The translations under genes and the position numbers were made by a program. A stretch of 60,403 nt of DNA, filler included, from Bipalium vagum (lineage: Eukaryota): assembly GCA_037834085.1 (NCBI GenBank). It is 3 parts of 3 records of this genome, joined end to end, with 100 filler letters (N's around TTAATTAATTAA, not from the genome) between each part and the next. Parts side by side here need not be neighbours in the genome. Positions count along the whole stretch, not along the records: positions 1 to 25,525 come from JBBMKC010190959.1; 2 more parts are not named here. The stretch is one strand, 5' to 3'. This document shows, one piece after another, positions 1 to 22,689 of this stretch; positions within the stretch are counted from its first letter, which is position 1, and the number at the start of each line of letters is the position of its first letter. The notes under the pieces are model-generated. The model searched no databases, was not told the DNA's origin, and worked only from the letters and a program-made list of their open reading frames with translations.

Positions 1-76
<76 letters not shown>
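1..76. repeat. (ATT)n microsatellite
   Basis: About 25 near-perfect ATT units at the contig start. Confidence 0.95.
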
Positions 77-449
77 CCACTCCTCGGAAACCCTAAACCG
101 ACGTCTAGTGGTTATATCTTAGACTAAGAAAATCGACCTATTGTTAGATTTTAACAATTTTATGTGCTTCATCTATATCAAATAAAAAGTAGTCCAAACC
201 AAAATGTATTTTTGAACATTTTCTTTACTTTCTAATGGTGATTACTTAAATAAATTGTATTTTTAAATATTTATTTATTATTATGATAAAAGACAAAAAT
301 TAGTCAAACTTATTAAATAATGGTTTAAAAACTTTAAAGACAAGTAATAATTACCATCAAGACCAACGAGCTTAAAACTAAGAGACCTATAATCAAAAAT
401 TGATTCCAATTTGTATGAGCATTTTCTGTGAGAAGTACAAGTTTGTCTG

Positions 450-1250
450 GATTGAACCAAGTAAAACTTGTGTTTTAAGATTTTCCCTGAATCTAAAATA
501 CCCCCAGTTTCTAACCAAGCACATGGTATAGAGTCACCATATGTCTTTCCTTCCTGAATAACACTTTTAAAATATTCATCTATGAAATTTTTGATTAGAT
601 GATAACATCGAAATGCAGATAAATTTATAAATCTTTAAAATGCGCTTGAAATAATTGAAAGAGATCGACATATTACACACTGGTTTATCTTTTGGTGTTG
701 GTATGAAGGTAGTTGAGAGCGTTTTGCACAACCACATGAAAATACGGAAAAAGAATGTTTTGTTAAATGGTACTAAAAATGTTCCAGAAAATTAACATAG
801 GTTGTTCAAATTTAATTACAATATCGTCACTGGTGATGAAAAGTGAATTTATTCATATGACAAGATAGTAAGCAAATATTCACTGATGGGTATTTAAAGG
901 TGAATCCATACCAATAAAAGTTGTTCACTGCTACAAAGAAAATGATTGCCTGTTTCTTCGGTTTAAAAAGATATACGGCAAGAAATAACTTTAGAGAAGC
1001 AAAGAAATGTCAATGCTGAATGGTATAAAATAGCTTGCTTGCCACAGGTGATTTCCAAAATTGAAGAGAACAATCGAAATTGACAAAATATTTTTCATCA
1101 TGAAAATGTCAGCTCTTATACGAACCATCGATTTCGCAGCAAAAATGTATGGATTTTTTATATTGCTTCTCAAAATTTCATCTTTCTTAAGCAATAAAAA
1201 TGTAGATCGTTTTTAATGACAATATTTGAAAGATCAAGAATTTGAGTTAA
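450..1250 (+). mobile_element. decayed mariner transposase remnant
   Basis: The + strand reads IVTGDEK*IYSYDK at ~823-864 (mariner first catalytic Asp motif) and an IFFHHEN-like second motif near 1090; many stops. Boundaries approximate. Confidence 0.75.
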
Positions 1251-1759
1251 GAAGGTATTATTTATCTTATGTGGAGGCCAGAATCACTTACAATGACAGC
1301 ACAATCAAAAGACGAACAAGAATATCAATCAAAGAATCGTGAATTTAATTGGCGATTGACTTCGTAGTTTCAGTGAAACATTTGAGTCATACATTTTGGT
1401 GATACCTTTTAGTGAAACATTTTATTAAAGTATTTTTTATTACCAAAACATTTTGCTGTTTTTTTTAATGTGTAATAATCACATCTTTATGATCTGATTT
1501 TAGTATTATAATATGTTTTAGTTGAAATGATTAAAAATTATATTTTATGCTTTCCAAATGTTATAATAGGAAGACTTGTACCTCTTTTGAGAGCTTAACT
1601 AGACTACCATTAGTCGTTAAGATCTCTTGTCTTTAAATAAAAATCATAATAAAAAGCAAAACTAAGAGTTTGAGAAGAATTATCTTGAACCAAATTATGC
1701 TTGAATATCAAATTATAGAAACGACAGTAAGAGAATGATCCCTGAAATTTTGCAACCTT

Positions 1760-2260
1760 ATTTTCTTCGATTGAAGAAAACAAAAATTGGTGGCTCAGGA
1801 GTTTCTGAAGAAATTGAACAATCCGCATTAGTAAAAAATAAATATAGAAGAGGCAGTGTTATGTGGGTAGAAGTTGGTACTTAATGGGATAAAAAGACAC
1901 GATAAAATATTTTTCAAACCGTGGAAGAAAGAAATCATGATATTTTATGTTCCATAATAAAAAGAACATATCTTACCAGGAAGTTTTATTAGAAGCGACC
2001 GTAGGAAGGTGAAATCTTACCTAATCTTTTGTCTGATATGAATTTCCAACATTTTTAAGTAAATATTTAAATTATAGATTTCAAATCATTCATAGAATTT
2101 CGACAATCCCTTAAATGGTGAAATCCATACTCAACATATTAAGAATTATCAAAAGAAAATTAAGATCAAATAGAGGTACAGATTATAAAAATAAATTCGC
2201 AAATTATTTAAGCGGACATTAAATATCTGGAAATATTTAAAATAATAGTTTTGAAAATTT
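1760..2260 (+). mobile_element. Merlin (IS1016/ISXO2-like) transposase remnant
   Basis: Reads KIGGSGVSEEIEQSALVKNKYRRGSVMWV...VEERNHDILCSII..HILPGSFIRSD...GEIHTQHIKNY, matching the Merlin consensus IGGxGxxVEIDESxxxKRKYxRG..WV..HILPGSxIxSD..HTQxIE; frameshifted. Confidence 0.8.
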
Positions 2261-3499
2261 TATTGAACATCTAAATAAATTGATATAAATACAAAGATTT
2301 TTGTTTGATATAATTGATAGAATGGTTTAAATTTTGTATAATATAATTAAGAATAATTTGAATAAAAGCCGTCTTTAGGACGATTTTAAAGGTTAATAAT
2401 AATAAAAAGTAAACCTTCGTTTATCCTTTACAAAATTTTAGTAAAAATAAACTTTTTAACCTTAATTTTTTCAAAAAAATAATAATATAACACAAAAATT
2501 TGATTTTAGGTAAAATATTAAAAATTTGGGTACGCCATATTTTTTTAAAGATTTTGTTTACTCAAAAAAATAATTATATAAAATTGTATTGTGCAATAGG
2601 CTCTATTCTCAAAATGTAATTCGCAATATTTAATGTTACAGAAATTATTAAAAATATAATAGATTAATTGAAATATAATGTTAAGAAATATAAATAAAAG
2701 CCTACTTGTAAAATCAAGTATGTCAAGAATAAATCCACAAAATTTAGTTGGTACATTTTTATCCACAATTGATAATTATAAGCTTAAATGACCCTCGAAA
2801 ATTATATTCTGAAAAGTGATTTGACTTTTACTTATAGATATAAAATAATTATTTACTTGTTATTTATATTTATATAATATTTTCTGTCAGTCACGAGTAC
2901 AAAGGCAATTGTTTACATGTAATACTGATCTGATTTTCCCATGAAATTTTGTTTATGATCTATCATTTCATATTAATAGTATAGGAACACCGTTGTAAAT
3001 GGATGTATTGTAGTACATGAAAGTTTTCAGTATTTTAAAAACAAAAATATTTTTCAATGTAATTAAAAATTATTATTATTAATAAAGTCAGTAAAATAAA
3101 AGATAAATGAATATTCAGTCAAATTTTCATTAGGCGTGACTATTCTGTCAAGAAATTGATCTAAACTTTTTCTGTCAGAAGGTGCTTAACATGTCTCTAA
3201 ATTTTAATAATCCTTTTTCAGACAGAACGTGTGATAATTCATTTAGCACTTCACCATTCACATCAAGATAGTGAAAGCTTTCTCAAGATAAATATGACTT
3301 GCTCATTTTAACCATAAAAATCTTTTAAAATTTTTCTTTGCAGTATTCACAGTTCTCACCTTTGTACTTTATCTAAAAATAATGTCTTCAATTTTCATAT
3401 TGACATTTTTCAATGTTTATTAATTGTAAATAATCTTCACGTTAAACATTTCTGGTCATAAATTGAAAAAATTGTCAAACTCATAAAAAAATGGGAGCA

Positions 3500-3990
3500 A
3501 CAACAAAAAACCTCTGAAACCAATCAAAGCACATTTAGCATCAAATGAACGGGTAACAATGGATGTCGGGGGATCATTACCAGAAACAGCAACAGGAAAT
3601 CGCTTTATAATCACTTTGCAAAGTTCCCAGAAGCGTGTGCAATGAAGGTCCAGAAAGTAAAAAAATAACCAAGAATTTTGTAGAAGAAAGCATTGTTAAA
3701 TATGGAGAGCCAAAGACATTACTAACAGACAAAGGAACAATTTTTGTGAGTGAACTAATAAAAGAAATATATGTTCTATTCTCAATCTTAAAGTTCAATA
3801 CGTCACTATATAAGTTGCAAACAGATAGGATAGTGAAAAGATTTAACGAAACGTTGCTCAAGATCATATCGTACTATACAAATGAGCAGCAGATTGATTT
3901 GGACGTGCTTAGATCATCTTGTTTGTATGCAAATCGAAACACAAACCATACAGAAGAGGAGTGATATTTATTTTACCTGATGTATCTTAG
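3500..3990 (+). mobile_element. Ty3/gypsy integrase core fragment
   Basis: ORF 3635-3964: YGEPKTLLTDKGTIFVSE...TSLYKLQTDRIVKRFNETL, a degenerate rve core. Confidence 0.8.
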
Positions 3991-4589
3991 AAACAATAAT
4001 ATTCGAATTGATTTACATTATGTCGTCTTTGGACCTGACGACAATACAATTGGTGAGGATATCGTTATTTTGTTTTTCTATTTAATTTAATTGATATTGA
4101 CATTTAATTATTTAATTGATCATTCAAGACATTTGACTTTTAGTGTGATCGACTGTTGTGATAGTTATATGCTTGAGTAGTCATTTGAAAAAAAGAATTT
4201 AAAGTCGAAGTAATAATAATATATTTCATTAAATCCAATTAATCAAATAAAATTTTCAAACTTGGACCTCACCTTTTATTAAAATTAAATTACTTACTTT
4301 TTTAAAATTAACCAACATTTATTTAAAAATTTAACATTATAATTTTTAAAACTTTTAATTAGAACCATTTAATAATTGTTAATCTAAGCGTGAGGTTCTT
4401 ATTTAAAAAAATTCAAAATAACTAATTGTTCGAATCACTCCTTATAGTGATTGTAGACATTTTTATTGAGATATTGTGTTTGTTATTGTTACTTTGGTAA
4501 TAAAGTGTTGTTCTTATTTGTTTTGATTCATTCATTTGCGTACACGTTTTGACATAAAAGAAGGGGTCAATAAACTTTTACGACAGTGT

Positions 4590-5900
4590 TCATAGTAAAA
4601 TAATAGCGTAACAGTTCTCTGGATCCCATGATCCGAAACAGCCAAGATTTATGGTCCAGATATTCACTTTATTGCGGGTTGCAAGTGCCAGTTTTTCTGC
4701 CAGAGGTTTATATTTCTGCGGATTTCTCCCGCAATTTTCATAGAAATTCCCACCGTCATCATATGACACTTTCAGGTCGACGAAGCTTATTTCCCGTTTG
4801 ATTTTGGATGTGATAATTGATGAGGTTTTAATCTCATGTGGAGTGACATCCATGTCAACATCAAATCCAAAATCTTTAAAGAAATTCAACAGTAAAGCTA
4901 ATAAATGATAATGTTTAACTTTGGGATGATTTTGACTGGCAGGACAATGATTTAGCAAATGGGCTTGACTCTCTTTTACTGAGTTGCAAAACCCGCAATG
5001 AGTTTCTCTTCCTTTCGCCAGGTTGAAGGTCCGAAATTTGAGTGCTAAATTGCTACTCCTTACTTTAATCAAGAATAACCAACGTGCTGCAGCCAGTACA
5101 TTTATTTGCTTGTGTTTGTAAATAATGTTGATTGTATTTGTAAATTTAATAAGATGATACAAAAATTATGATATCTCGATTAATTCTGTCTCTACTGTAA
5201 TCATCATTATTTTACTGAATCGCAGACTCAGTAAGCTACAACCCCAAACCAGTTCTTGGCCCGTCTGACTTTTTCATCTCATGAAATAATAAATTCTCAG
5301 CCATTGGTGTAAAGTAATCGTGGCTTCGTCAATATTTTCGATTCCGAAGTAGTACCTAGTTGACTCACCGATGTTCAGTTTCATGGATACTTTTAATTTC
5401 ACCTCTTTATTTATATTCTATATTTCTTTTCCAAAGCGAATTAACTGAAACCAAAACCTTTGTCCACTATGTCCCCATAGCATTAAGATCAGCCTTGATT
5501 TCATCGCTGAACCATCTCAATACCAGGTCTGCATCAACAATGTCAATTTGGAACCTTTCCTGTAGTAATGAAGCAAGGATCCGGTTAAGAGTGACCTGCA
5601 ACGTTTATCATTGCTCCTTTGAAAGCGCAGTCATTGTATCATACTGCAGATGTGGTACTCTTCAAATGATTGGAGAATGCCAAAACCTCCAACGCTTTTT
5701 CCCTTCCCTCACCTTGTCTTCCATCGTGAGAAGACAGAATTAGAATGTCCACTACACTATTTCTAAAGTAGAATGGAAGTCTAGAATGCAAGAATGTTTT
5801 AAAACATTCTATTTTCTGAGCCTGGTGTAGCTGAGATTCAAATACCCACTGGAAATCTGATAGAATCCGATCAAGGATTTTATTTGTTTCCATTCTCTTT
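4590..5900 (-). mobile_element. 3' part of an R2/NeSL-type non-LTR retrotransposon (post-RT region, CCHC knuckle, restriction-like endonuclease), decayed
   Basis: ORF 4590-5162: CGFC...ESQAHLLNHC (CCHC), FVDLKVSYD, KYKPL, LGCFGSW (RLE motifs; the PD motif appears deleted). ORF 5639-5893 shares KTFLHSRLPF with the copy at 22.7-25.2 kb. Confidence 0.85.
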
Positions 5901-6173
5901 CCCTGACTTTGGCGTACTCCAAAATTACTGTTTCCTGATAATATTTTGTTTCTTCATTAAAATATGATTTTTATTGTCTAAGTAACTTAAATAATCAAAC
6001 TTAATGATGAATTTATAAAAAAACTTAATAAATTGTTTTTAAATAAATATGTGAAAAAATTATCTGATTAAATTAATTTTTATTATAACTTTTAAAATAG
6101 TAATATATAAATGAAAAACACCTATTTTGTTTATTCAAATAAAAAGTTAAATTAAATTAACTTTCCATAATAA

Positions 6174-8673
6174 ATGAAATTCAAGAGATATATCATAATA
6201 TTGCCAGTGATTTTTTATTTCCGTAATTTTTATTAATATCACCAGATAACGGTTAATTTATTTTAATTGTCTTAGAATTAATTTATTGTGATATAAATAA
6301 TAATTACATATCAACTGAAGTCGTAAACAGGAAAGGTGGATTGTATGTTTTTAAATTATCGATTCCCCTTCACTGTTTTCATACATAGGAGTAATTATAA
6401 AAAGAGTATTCTATATACTGATGGAAAATTGGGATTAATTTATGGAATTACTAGCAGTCAAGCTTCATCACTTAAATCTCTTGGTTTGTACATTTTCTTT
6501 TGTATATAAAAATTCATATCTTTAGAACAATATGCTGTTTGTGAGGCACAAATAAACGATAGCCATTCCATATATCAGTATTTTATTTGTCCGAACTCGG
6601 ATGACAGAACAAGAAACTTCTGCTGCGGCAAACGAGGTCAACAGAAGTGCTGTACAGAAAATGATTTCAGGTCTTCAGTTGCTTTGATATTTAAGAATTC
6701 AAATAACAGTTTATGGAATAGTTACACTTTGAGACATCTTAACAGTTATATTTATGATGATACATAGGTCAATTATACTCTTGTTTGTTCTATATAGAAA
6801 GGCACAAAAAGTATATTTAGCCTTTTATGAATTATTTCATTATCAATATTTGTAAAATGAAAATCTTATTAAATAAAAGAACCAAGTTTCAGAAATCTAA
6901 GGGAGAGTCCGAAGAATTTTAACTACTATTATCATTTTATAATTATATAATTCATTTTATTGGGTTGAACAGAAAGTTCGTTCGTTTTACTGGTAGATAT
7001 TTTAATAAAGACTTGTAAGTAATATAAATAAATTTATTGAACAATATATACACCATTATGATCGATTATCTGTCTTCATCTTTCAGGAAGTTTCATGATA
7101 CCGTCAGGAAAGAATTGTGTTGGCTGAAGTACTTATCCAGATAAATTTTGATATTTTCTAAAGATTGGTATTCTTTTTCATCTAAACTATTTTGCAAGGA
7201 ATGAAGGAGATGATAATCTGAAGGAGCGATATCAGGGGAATAAACCTGATGACATAACAATTCTCATCCAAACTCTGAAAATTTTCCCAACAGATATTTG
7301 CGAATTTAAGCTGATGAAAAACTCTTCAATCGGGTTTAATGAAGCGAATATGGTGGCAAAAACTTCTGGTTTGGTGTAAGTTGACTCCTGTTTTGTCTAA
7401 GTAAACCAGCTTAAAGTTTTCAATGTTCCTCGCATAAAGCTGTTTAGCCTCAATCTTTTTACTATTATTTCTCTCTTCGGGAACTCTGACTAATCGCTTT
7501 CTGGTATAATTCATGTCACGTTAAATTCTTGAAACAGTACTTTGGCTGACTAAAATGCGATCAACTTCAAATAGAAACAATCTAATGTTTTTTCTATATA
7601 TTTTTGAATATTTTTCTATATATTTCTGCATATACCTTTAATAAATATTTTAGTTTCAAAATATTTTGAATTTTACTATTAAAAAGCAAACGAAATGTTT
7701 GTTATAAAGCATTAAATATTTTCAAACCCATAGCGCTTGAAAATGACATCATTATAAAATTAATTTCATATTTTAGATCGAGTATAAAATTCGTGAGGTA
7801 CCGTTCAATTGATATTTTACCAAATAATAATTGTCTAAAAATTACAGAAACTTTTTATTTGCTTCCATATCCACAATTCTGGGAGTATTTATCGGCTCAT
7901 TCAATCTGCTTCTTATTGGATTGATAATATTATATTGGTATTATTTGGTCAATAAATCAAATAAACCAAAGAATCAATATGAAATTCCTATGTCATCAGT
8001 AATTTAACTTTTATTTCTTATTTAAAGAAACATTTTTTTTAATATTATTTCCATAAAAATAAATTGAAATAATTAATTCAATATTTGATTTATTTTATCA
8101 TAAGAAGCATTACTAAATATTATGTAATGATAATATTTTTAATAATAATAATAAAATTAATAATAATCAATAATAAATTTTTTTACTTATAATAAAGACC
8201 ACTTACAAAAATAGATCATTTTCGATCAGATCGTCTAATAAATATTTGAATAGATTTCAGAACAGTGCATTGAGTTTTGCTCACAAATGAATCTGTCTCA
8301 TGAATATTAATTGAATTTTATGCGCAAATTTGATATTTAATTTATTTTTAATTATTGTAATATGTTTATGAATTAACAACATTTTTTGTTTCATCGATTT
8401 TCTATAAATTAATATAATTGATTGTCAAAATTTTATAATTATGATTAAAACTTTTATTGTTCAATGACTCTTATAATTATTGAACCTTTTTTCACTGTTC
8501 TGTATTTATAAACAAAACAATCTGTTTATATATTGTTCATTTTCTTAATGATGCGTAATGATATTTTTCTTTAAAATAAGTATCACAAATTGTTTTACCT
8601 CTTGACAGGGTCAAATTTGTTTTCTATCGAAATCATAAATTTTCTTTTTAATTTTAAGTATACTAATTAAATA

Positions 8674-8714
<41 letters not shown>

Positions 8715-9081
8715 GCTATTATTATTGTGGAGACTTAATAATTTTATGTTTGATTAGAAGAGTTTTTGATTTATAATTCGGTAGTTGATGAAAAAAACTC
8801 TGATTTTCTTTTTAATTGATTTTATGTAAAATAAAAAATAAAGAAATTATTAAAATCCTAACCATTATTATATATTATTATTAATTTTTTAATCTATGCT
8901 TTCATAGATTCCCTTAAACTATACCACTCCAGTTACTAGATCAGATCTTACAGATAACACAATATCAAAATCAAGTTTGCATATCAGGAAAAAAAATGCT
9001 CCAAGTATTATTAGTAAACCGGGAACGAATACTCCAACAAATTCCGTTATTGTTGTTCCCAGGCCAATGAAGAAACGCTAA
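6174..9081 (+). CDS. Shisa-like single-pass membrane protein, 233 aa, 7 exons (6174-6222, 6276-6342, 6389-6483, 6526-6670, 7777-7797, 7848-7998, 8908-9081)
   Basis: All introns are GT-AG and phases join without stops. Signal peptide MKFKRYIIILPVIFYFQLIYC; Cys domain AVCEAQ...YFICPNSDDRTRNFCCGKRGQQKCC (Shisa pattern C..FxCP..CCG..CC); TM segment ISTILGVFIGSFNLLLIGLIILYWYYLV; P/S/T-rich tail ending PRPMKKR*. Confidence 0.8.
6960..7325 (-). mobile_element. mariner 3' fragment with one TIR, in intron 4 of the Shisa-like gene
   Basis: TA + TTGGGTTGAACAGAAAGTTCGTTCG TIR at ~6961; the minus strand encodes YSPDIAPSDYHL and GIMKLPER. Confidence 0.8.
7326..7600 (-). mobile_element. IS630/Tc1-like transposase fragment
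   Basis: YTRKRLVRVPEERN...LVYLDKTGVNLH; same family as 35644-36093. Confidence 0.75.
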
Positions 9082-11099
9082 TTTTTATTTTTATTTCTGT
9101 GATTTTTCCTTTCGCATATCATTTCAGAATTTTTTTAATGTTATTATTATTATTATTAATGGAAATAAGTAAGTTAAATATAATATTCTTATAATTCGTG
9201 GTTTGAACAAAATTCTTTTTGATTGTGATCTTATTGCCAAACCATTTTGTGATTCTGATCAAATATATATATTTTTGTTTTGATTGATTATTACATCAAC
9301 TATCTAATTTAAACTTGAATAATATCATTAACTTTATTTCAAGTTCAGTCACATTAAAAAAAAAGAAAATCTCTATCAACATGAGATTACTGTAAAACAA
9401 CTTAAGCCCTTTCATTACAATGAAGAATTGTAATACTGGTTCAAGAATTTGTTAATTAATTATCGAAAAACATCAAAAACCAAAATCACGGATTACTTTA
9501 ACAATCAATTTGTTCTTAAGATATTTTAAAATAAAAAGAATAAAGTCCTTTTTAGGAAACGAACAATCTAATTATTTTACAAAAGGTGGCTGCAAACATT
9601 CAATCGCATATTTGAATTTCATGGTGTTAATTGGTAAAGAACAGTTTAACAGCTCTTATTAATCACAACAAACTTGTGCAAATATATCTGTACCGGTTTT
9701 ATAGAAGCATCAACATCTGCAGATAATTTTCTTATACTGGTTGATTTATTTTTTGTCTTCAAAGTCTCAGAATCAAACGAACATTGTCTTATTATTATTA
9801 TTATTATCATAAAAGTAATTGTATCTCGCAGTCGAGATAAAGTCTGAATTAATGGACTATTATGAAAAAGAGCTGTCTAAACACTGAGATTGGCGATCGC
9901 AGGAATTCGCCCAAAAAACTACAATAAATAGATTGTTTACTATTGTAATTTAGAGAGATTTTTTTTTCTTCAAATAAGATTTATCGTTTAATAAGAAGAT
10001 TTTGAGGAACACAGAAGAGAAGACTACTACTCGAGTAGCAGAAGAAGACGATATAGAATTTGTGTTTTTACAGATCCAAAGATTTCATTTGTATGATTAA
10101 AAAATAGAACAGGATTTCACAATGGAGCTTCTCGAGCTTGGGAATCCATAGGGGACCAAAAAAGACCTCGAGGACGACTCGTAGCTCCGTGTGAGAGGAT
10201 TGTTTATTCTTTTTTAGTTTTTAAATTATCTTTTATTAATGTTTTATTCATTCGATTTTGATATTTAATAGTGTGATTTTTGAAATTTAATTTTTAATTA
10301 TATTATATATTTATTATTTAATTAATTAATTATTTTATCCTATTCAGACATTTGATTAATATTTAACTCTATTGATTTTTATCATTTTATTTATTAATTA
10401 TTTTATTATTATTTAAGTTTATTGCAATTATTTTAATTCTTTTGGGGTGCGAACTGAGATAAGGTTTTATTATTTTCATTTATGATTCAGAGTTTTGATT
10501 TGTGTAGCTGTATAAGTAAAACGAGCACTACATTAAACAAGTGAAGAGTTAATTAAGTTCAAACTAAAGTTATATATTTCGATTAGAGAAAATAGTAACA
10601 ATATTCAAAATACTAATCAAGTTTTATTTTTATCACTTGTTCTCAAACTATCTATTATCTCTCTCTCTCTCTGACTCCAATAATTTTCTTTTGATCCTTT
10701 CTCTATGTAGGAAAAAATAAAGAAACAAATATTGACCAAAATTTAACAAATTTACCCGAAAACCACTGAAGGATAACAAAAGTAACAAATAATTGCTAAA
10801 GAGTCAAGAAATTTTGGTTCGGCTAATTCTTCTTTCCAGTTTGCTCAAATCCCATCTGAGTTCGATTATTTCAATTTTAATTTCACAAATTTCAACTGAC
10901 TCTCTTGTGTTACATATACTTTTCCTTTAGTATTTATCAAACAAATTTGTTGGAAGTTTGTTATTCTTATTTTACTCACTGAACTAACGGAACAAAAAAC
11001 AATGGAGTCAGAGTGAAATAACAGACAGTGAGAACCAGGGACAAAAATAAAATTTTGGTAATATTCTTTTGAATATTAACATTAAAAAATTCGAAGAAA

Positions 11100-11500
11100 T
11101 CAAACACTGTCCATAAGAAGCTTGAAATGTTTGAATAAACAGAAATTCATAGAAATTGGTAAAAGGTTTTCAAAGCCACAAGTTTGCCAATTGAGTTTTG
11201 GCCAGAACTAGAAATTTTTATTATCATAGAAAAAAGACAAGTCTCAACAATAAGTATGCAAGTGAAAGCAAAACATTTCTGATGAAATTGGCATACTAAA
11301 CTTTAAATGAAGTCACTGGTGAATATCTAGATTGTTGAAAAAGCATTATTATCCGATAGATCATTAATCTCGGTATATCAGAACTTACCACAAGATTTGA
11401 AAGAAATAAAGCTACATTTAAAAAATTTGTTGAAATAAATACTCAAGGAATTGATATGGACATACAGAAAATATGGACGAATTCGATGAAATTCTACATT
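11100..11500 (+). mobile_element. pogo/Tigger-like transposase remnant
   Basis: CENP-B-type HTH remnants (MQVKAK..F, NFK*SHW*ISRLLKKH, QNLPQD) and an NMDE motif; heavily frameshifted. Confidence 0.55.
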
Positions 11501-11957
11501 GGTTTAATTAAAAAAATTTTGATATTGCTTTATTGGTTTTTATTTGAAATTGTGTAACAGTATTCTGTAATATTTTACATTTTTTATTTATGTATTTTGA
11601 AAAGATGATGTGCATCTCATACATTTCTTTCAGTTTAATGAAATAAAACATTCTTTTAGTATAATTCGCTGATTACTGTTGAGACTTTGGGGTACATTAA
11701 GTACTAAAAATTTCTAAAAAAAACTTACTAAAAATTTATTTTATAAAATTTTTAAAATTATTTTTTTTAAAACATTTCCACAAAAAACTCATTATCCAAT
11801 ATTAAAAACAAAAGGAGAATTATTTTTCGATAAAAACTGCTTTATTCTCATTAACCACAGACTTTTATTTTCTGTTTAATATAAACAAACAATGTAGAAC
11901 AGTTTTATCTGATCAATACCTGAAATTCTATAAATATTTACAAAAATAAATAAAAAA

Positions 11958-20922
<8,965 letters not shown>

Positions 20923-22689
20923 TTTTAAAATGAATTAAAAATCTGGTAAAATCATGGTATATTTTAAAGCATATTATAATTTATATCATATGATTAATTA
21001 AATAAAACAACTCATTTCATTTTAATTCTTTCTTGTACTAAAATAAAATAAAATTTTTAATTTTATAAAAAAATAATAACATTTAAATAAAATTAAACTG
21101 AATTTTAAAATTTTATTTCAGAAATTTATTTACAAATCATTAAGCGTGTATTTTATGCCAATGTGTAGAATCAATTTGAAAAATTTGGTCTCAGTATTGA
21201 AATGAAACTACTTGCGTAAATATAAAATCTGTTAAGAAATCAACTAAAGTTAATTTACATTGATAATGCTAATTACAAAATATATTTTATCATAAAATAC
21301 TAATTAAAAAATTTTTATATAACTATTTCTTTAATTTTATTTATTAAAATTTATAATCATAATAAAATTAAACTTTTACTTAATATGTTACCTTTTACTC
21401 TATTAAAAAATATTTATAAATATTATAAATTTATATTTTCGTTTTCCTGATTTTTGCTTAAAATAAGCAATGTTTGAATAAACAAAATATATGCACAAAC
21501 TGGTAAGCGAGAAACCAATCAGAGTGAAACAAGAAGCGACGAAAAACTTATGTGCGACTGAACGAGAGACAATTGATGGAATAGGATCATACACTGACAG
21601 TTGCTGATATGCAATCAAGAGGGGTGGGTATGTTTCTGCAATTCCTATTGGTGTCTATTTTGCGTTGTGAATCGATATTTTATTATTTTTCGAAATTCAC
21701 GGCATTGAAAAAGGGACTATACGAAACCACTCGTTACGTCTACCTCTAAATCTCCTAATGAATGTCGTTCCATACAAGATAATTATTCAATATTATCAAC
21801 ATCTAACCCCAAAACAGTACAATTCTCTTCATCGTCGCTACCACTAATAATAATAAATTCAATATTAAATGACAATGACAAAGAAGATAATTCAACAGAA
21901 AACAAACACTGTATTAATCCAGGCATTAAAATCATCAAAGATTCGATAGAAGCATGCTGTAAAAAATTCAGCTTTTGTTACTTCTGTTATGTTTGCTAAT
22001 ACGTGAAATAAATATGAACGACTTTTTGAGTTGTCTAGAGCAACTTAACAAGAAATTTAATAACATCAGAAGGTTTAAGTGCACGTATGAATGGAGTAAA
22101 AACAGAATGACAAATGAAATTCAATTTAAAAATTTTTTTTTCAAATATAAAACGTTTCAATTTTTGTTTTAAGTTCCTAATAAATCAAAGGTGTGGAGCT
22201 ACAAATGATTATGACTTAACGGCGGAGGTTACTTTAAAATCACTGATATAACAATTTTAAATTTTCAAAAATATTTTTTTATTCAAAATATGGATTTCTA
22301 CAAAAGTTGGTGATAGTTGTCCTTGATGGATATTATTTTAAGTTTTTTTATTTTTTGAGTTAAATAAAAAAAGCCTTTTGCTCTTTGACTCAGAGGTCCT
22401 CAGTTAAGAAAAAATTTAATTCACCGCCCTACTTAGCGTTTGAATTAAGAACAAAAAAGGAAAAAGAAACAAGAAATAGGAATGTAAAAAATTATTTGAT
22501 CCTCAAGTTCTGGCTTGAGTATTTACATAATAGGTTAAAGATAAACATTTTTCTGACTACAAAACAAGTTTTATTTTAAAAATTTTAAGGGATATTTATT
22601 ATTTATTGAATAAATTGTGACTGTTTTGTTTTCAAAAAAAAAGTTGTTGTTTAATTATGATTAATATAATATATCAAATCGATTTTGAT

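Noticed and set aside
88-99. Telomere-like AAACCCTAAACC
   Set aside because: Only about 1.5 units; not an array.
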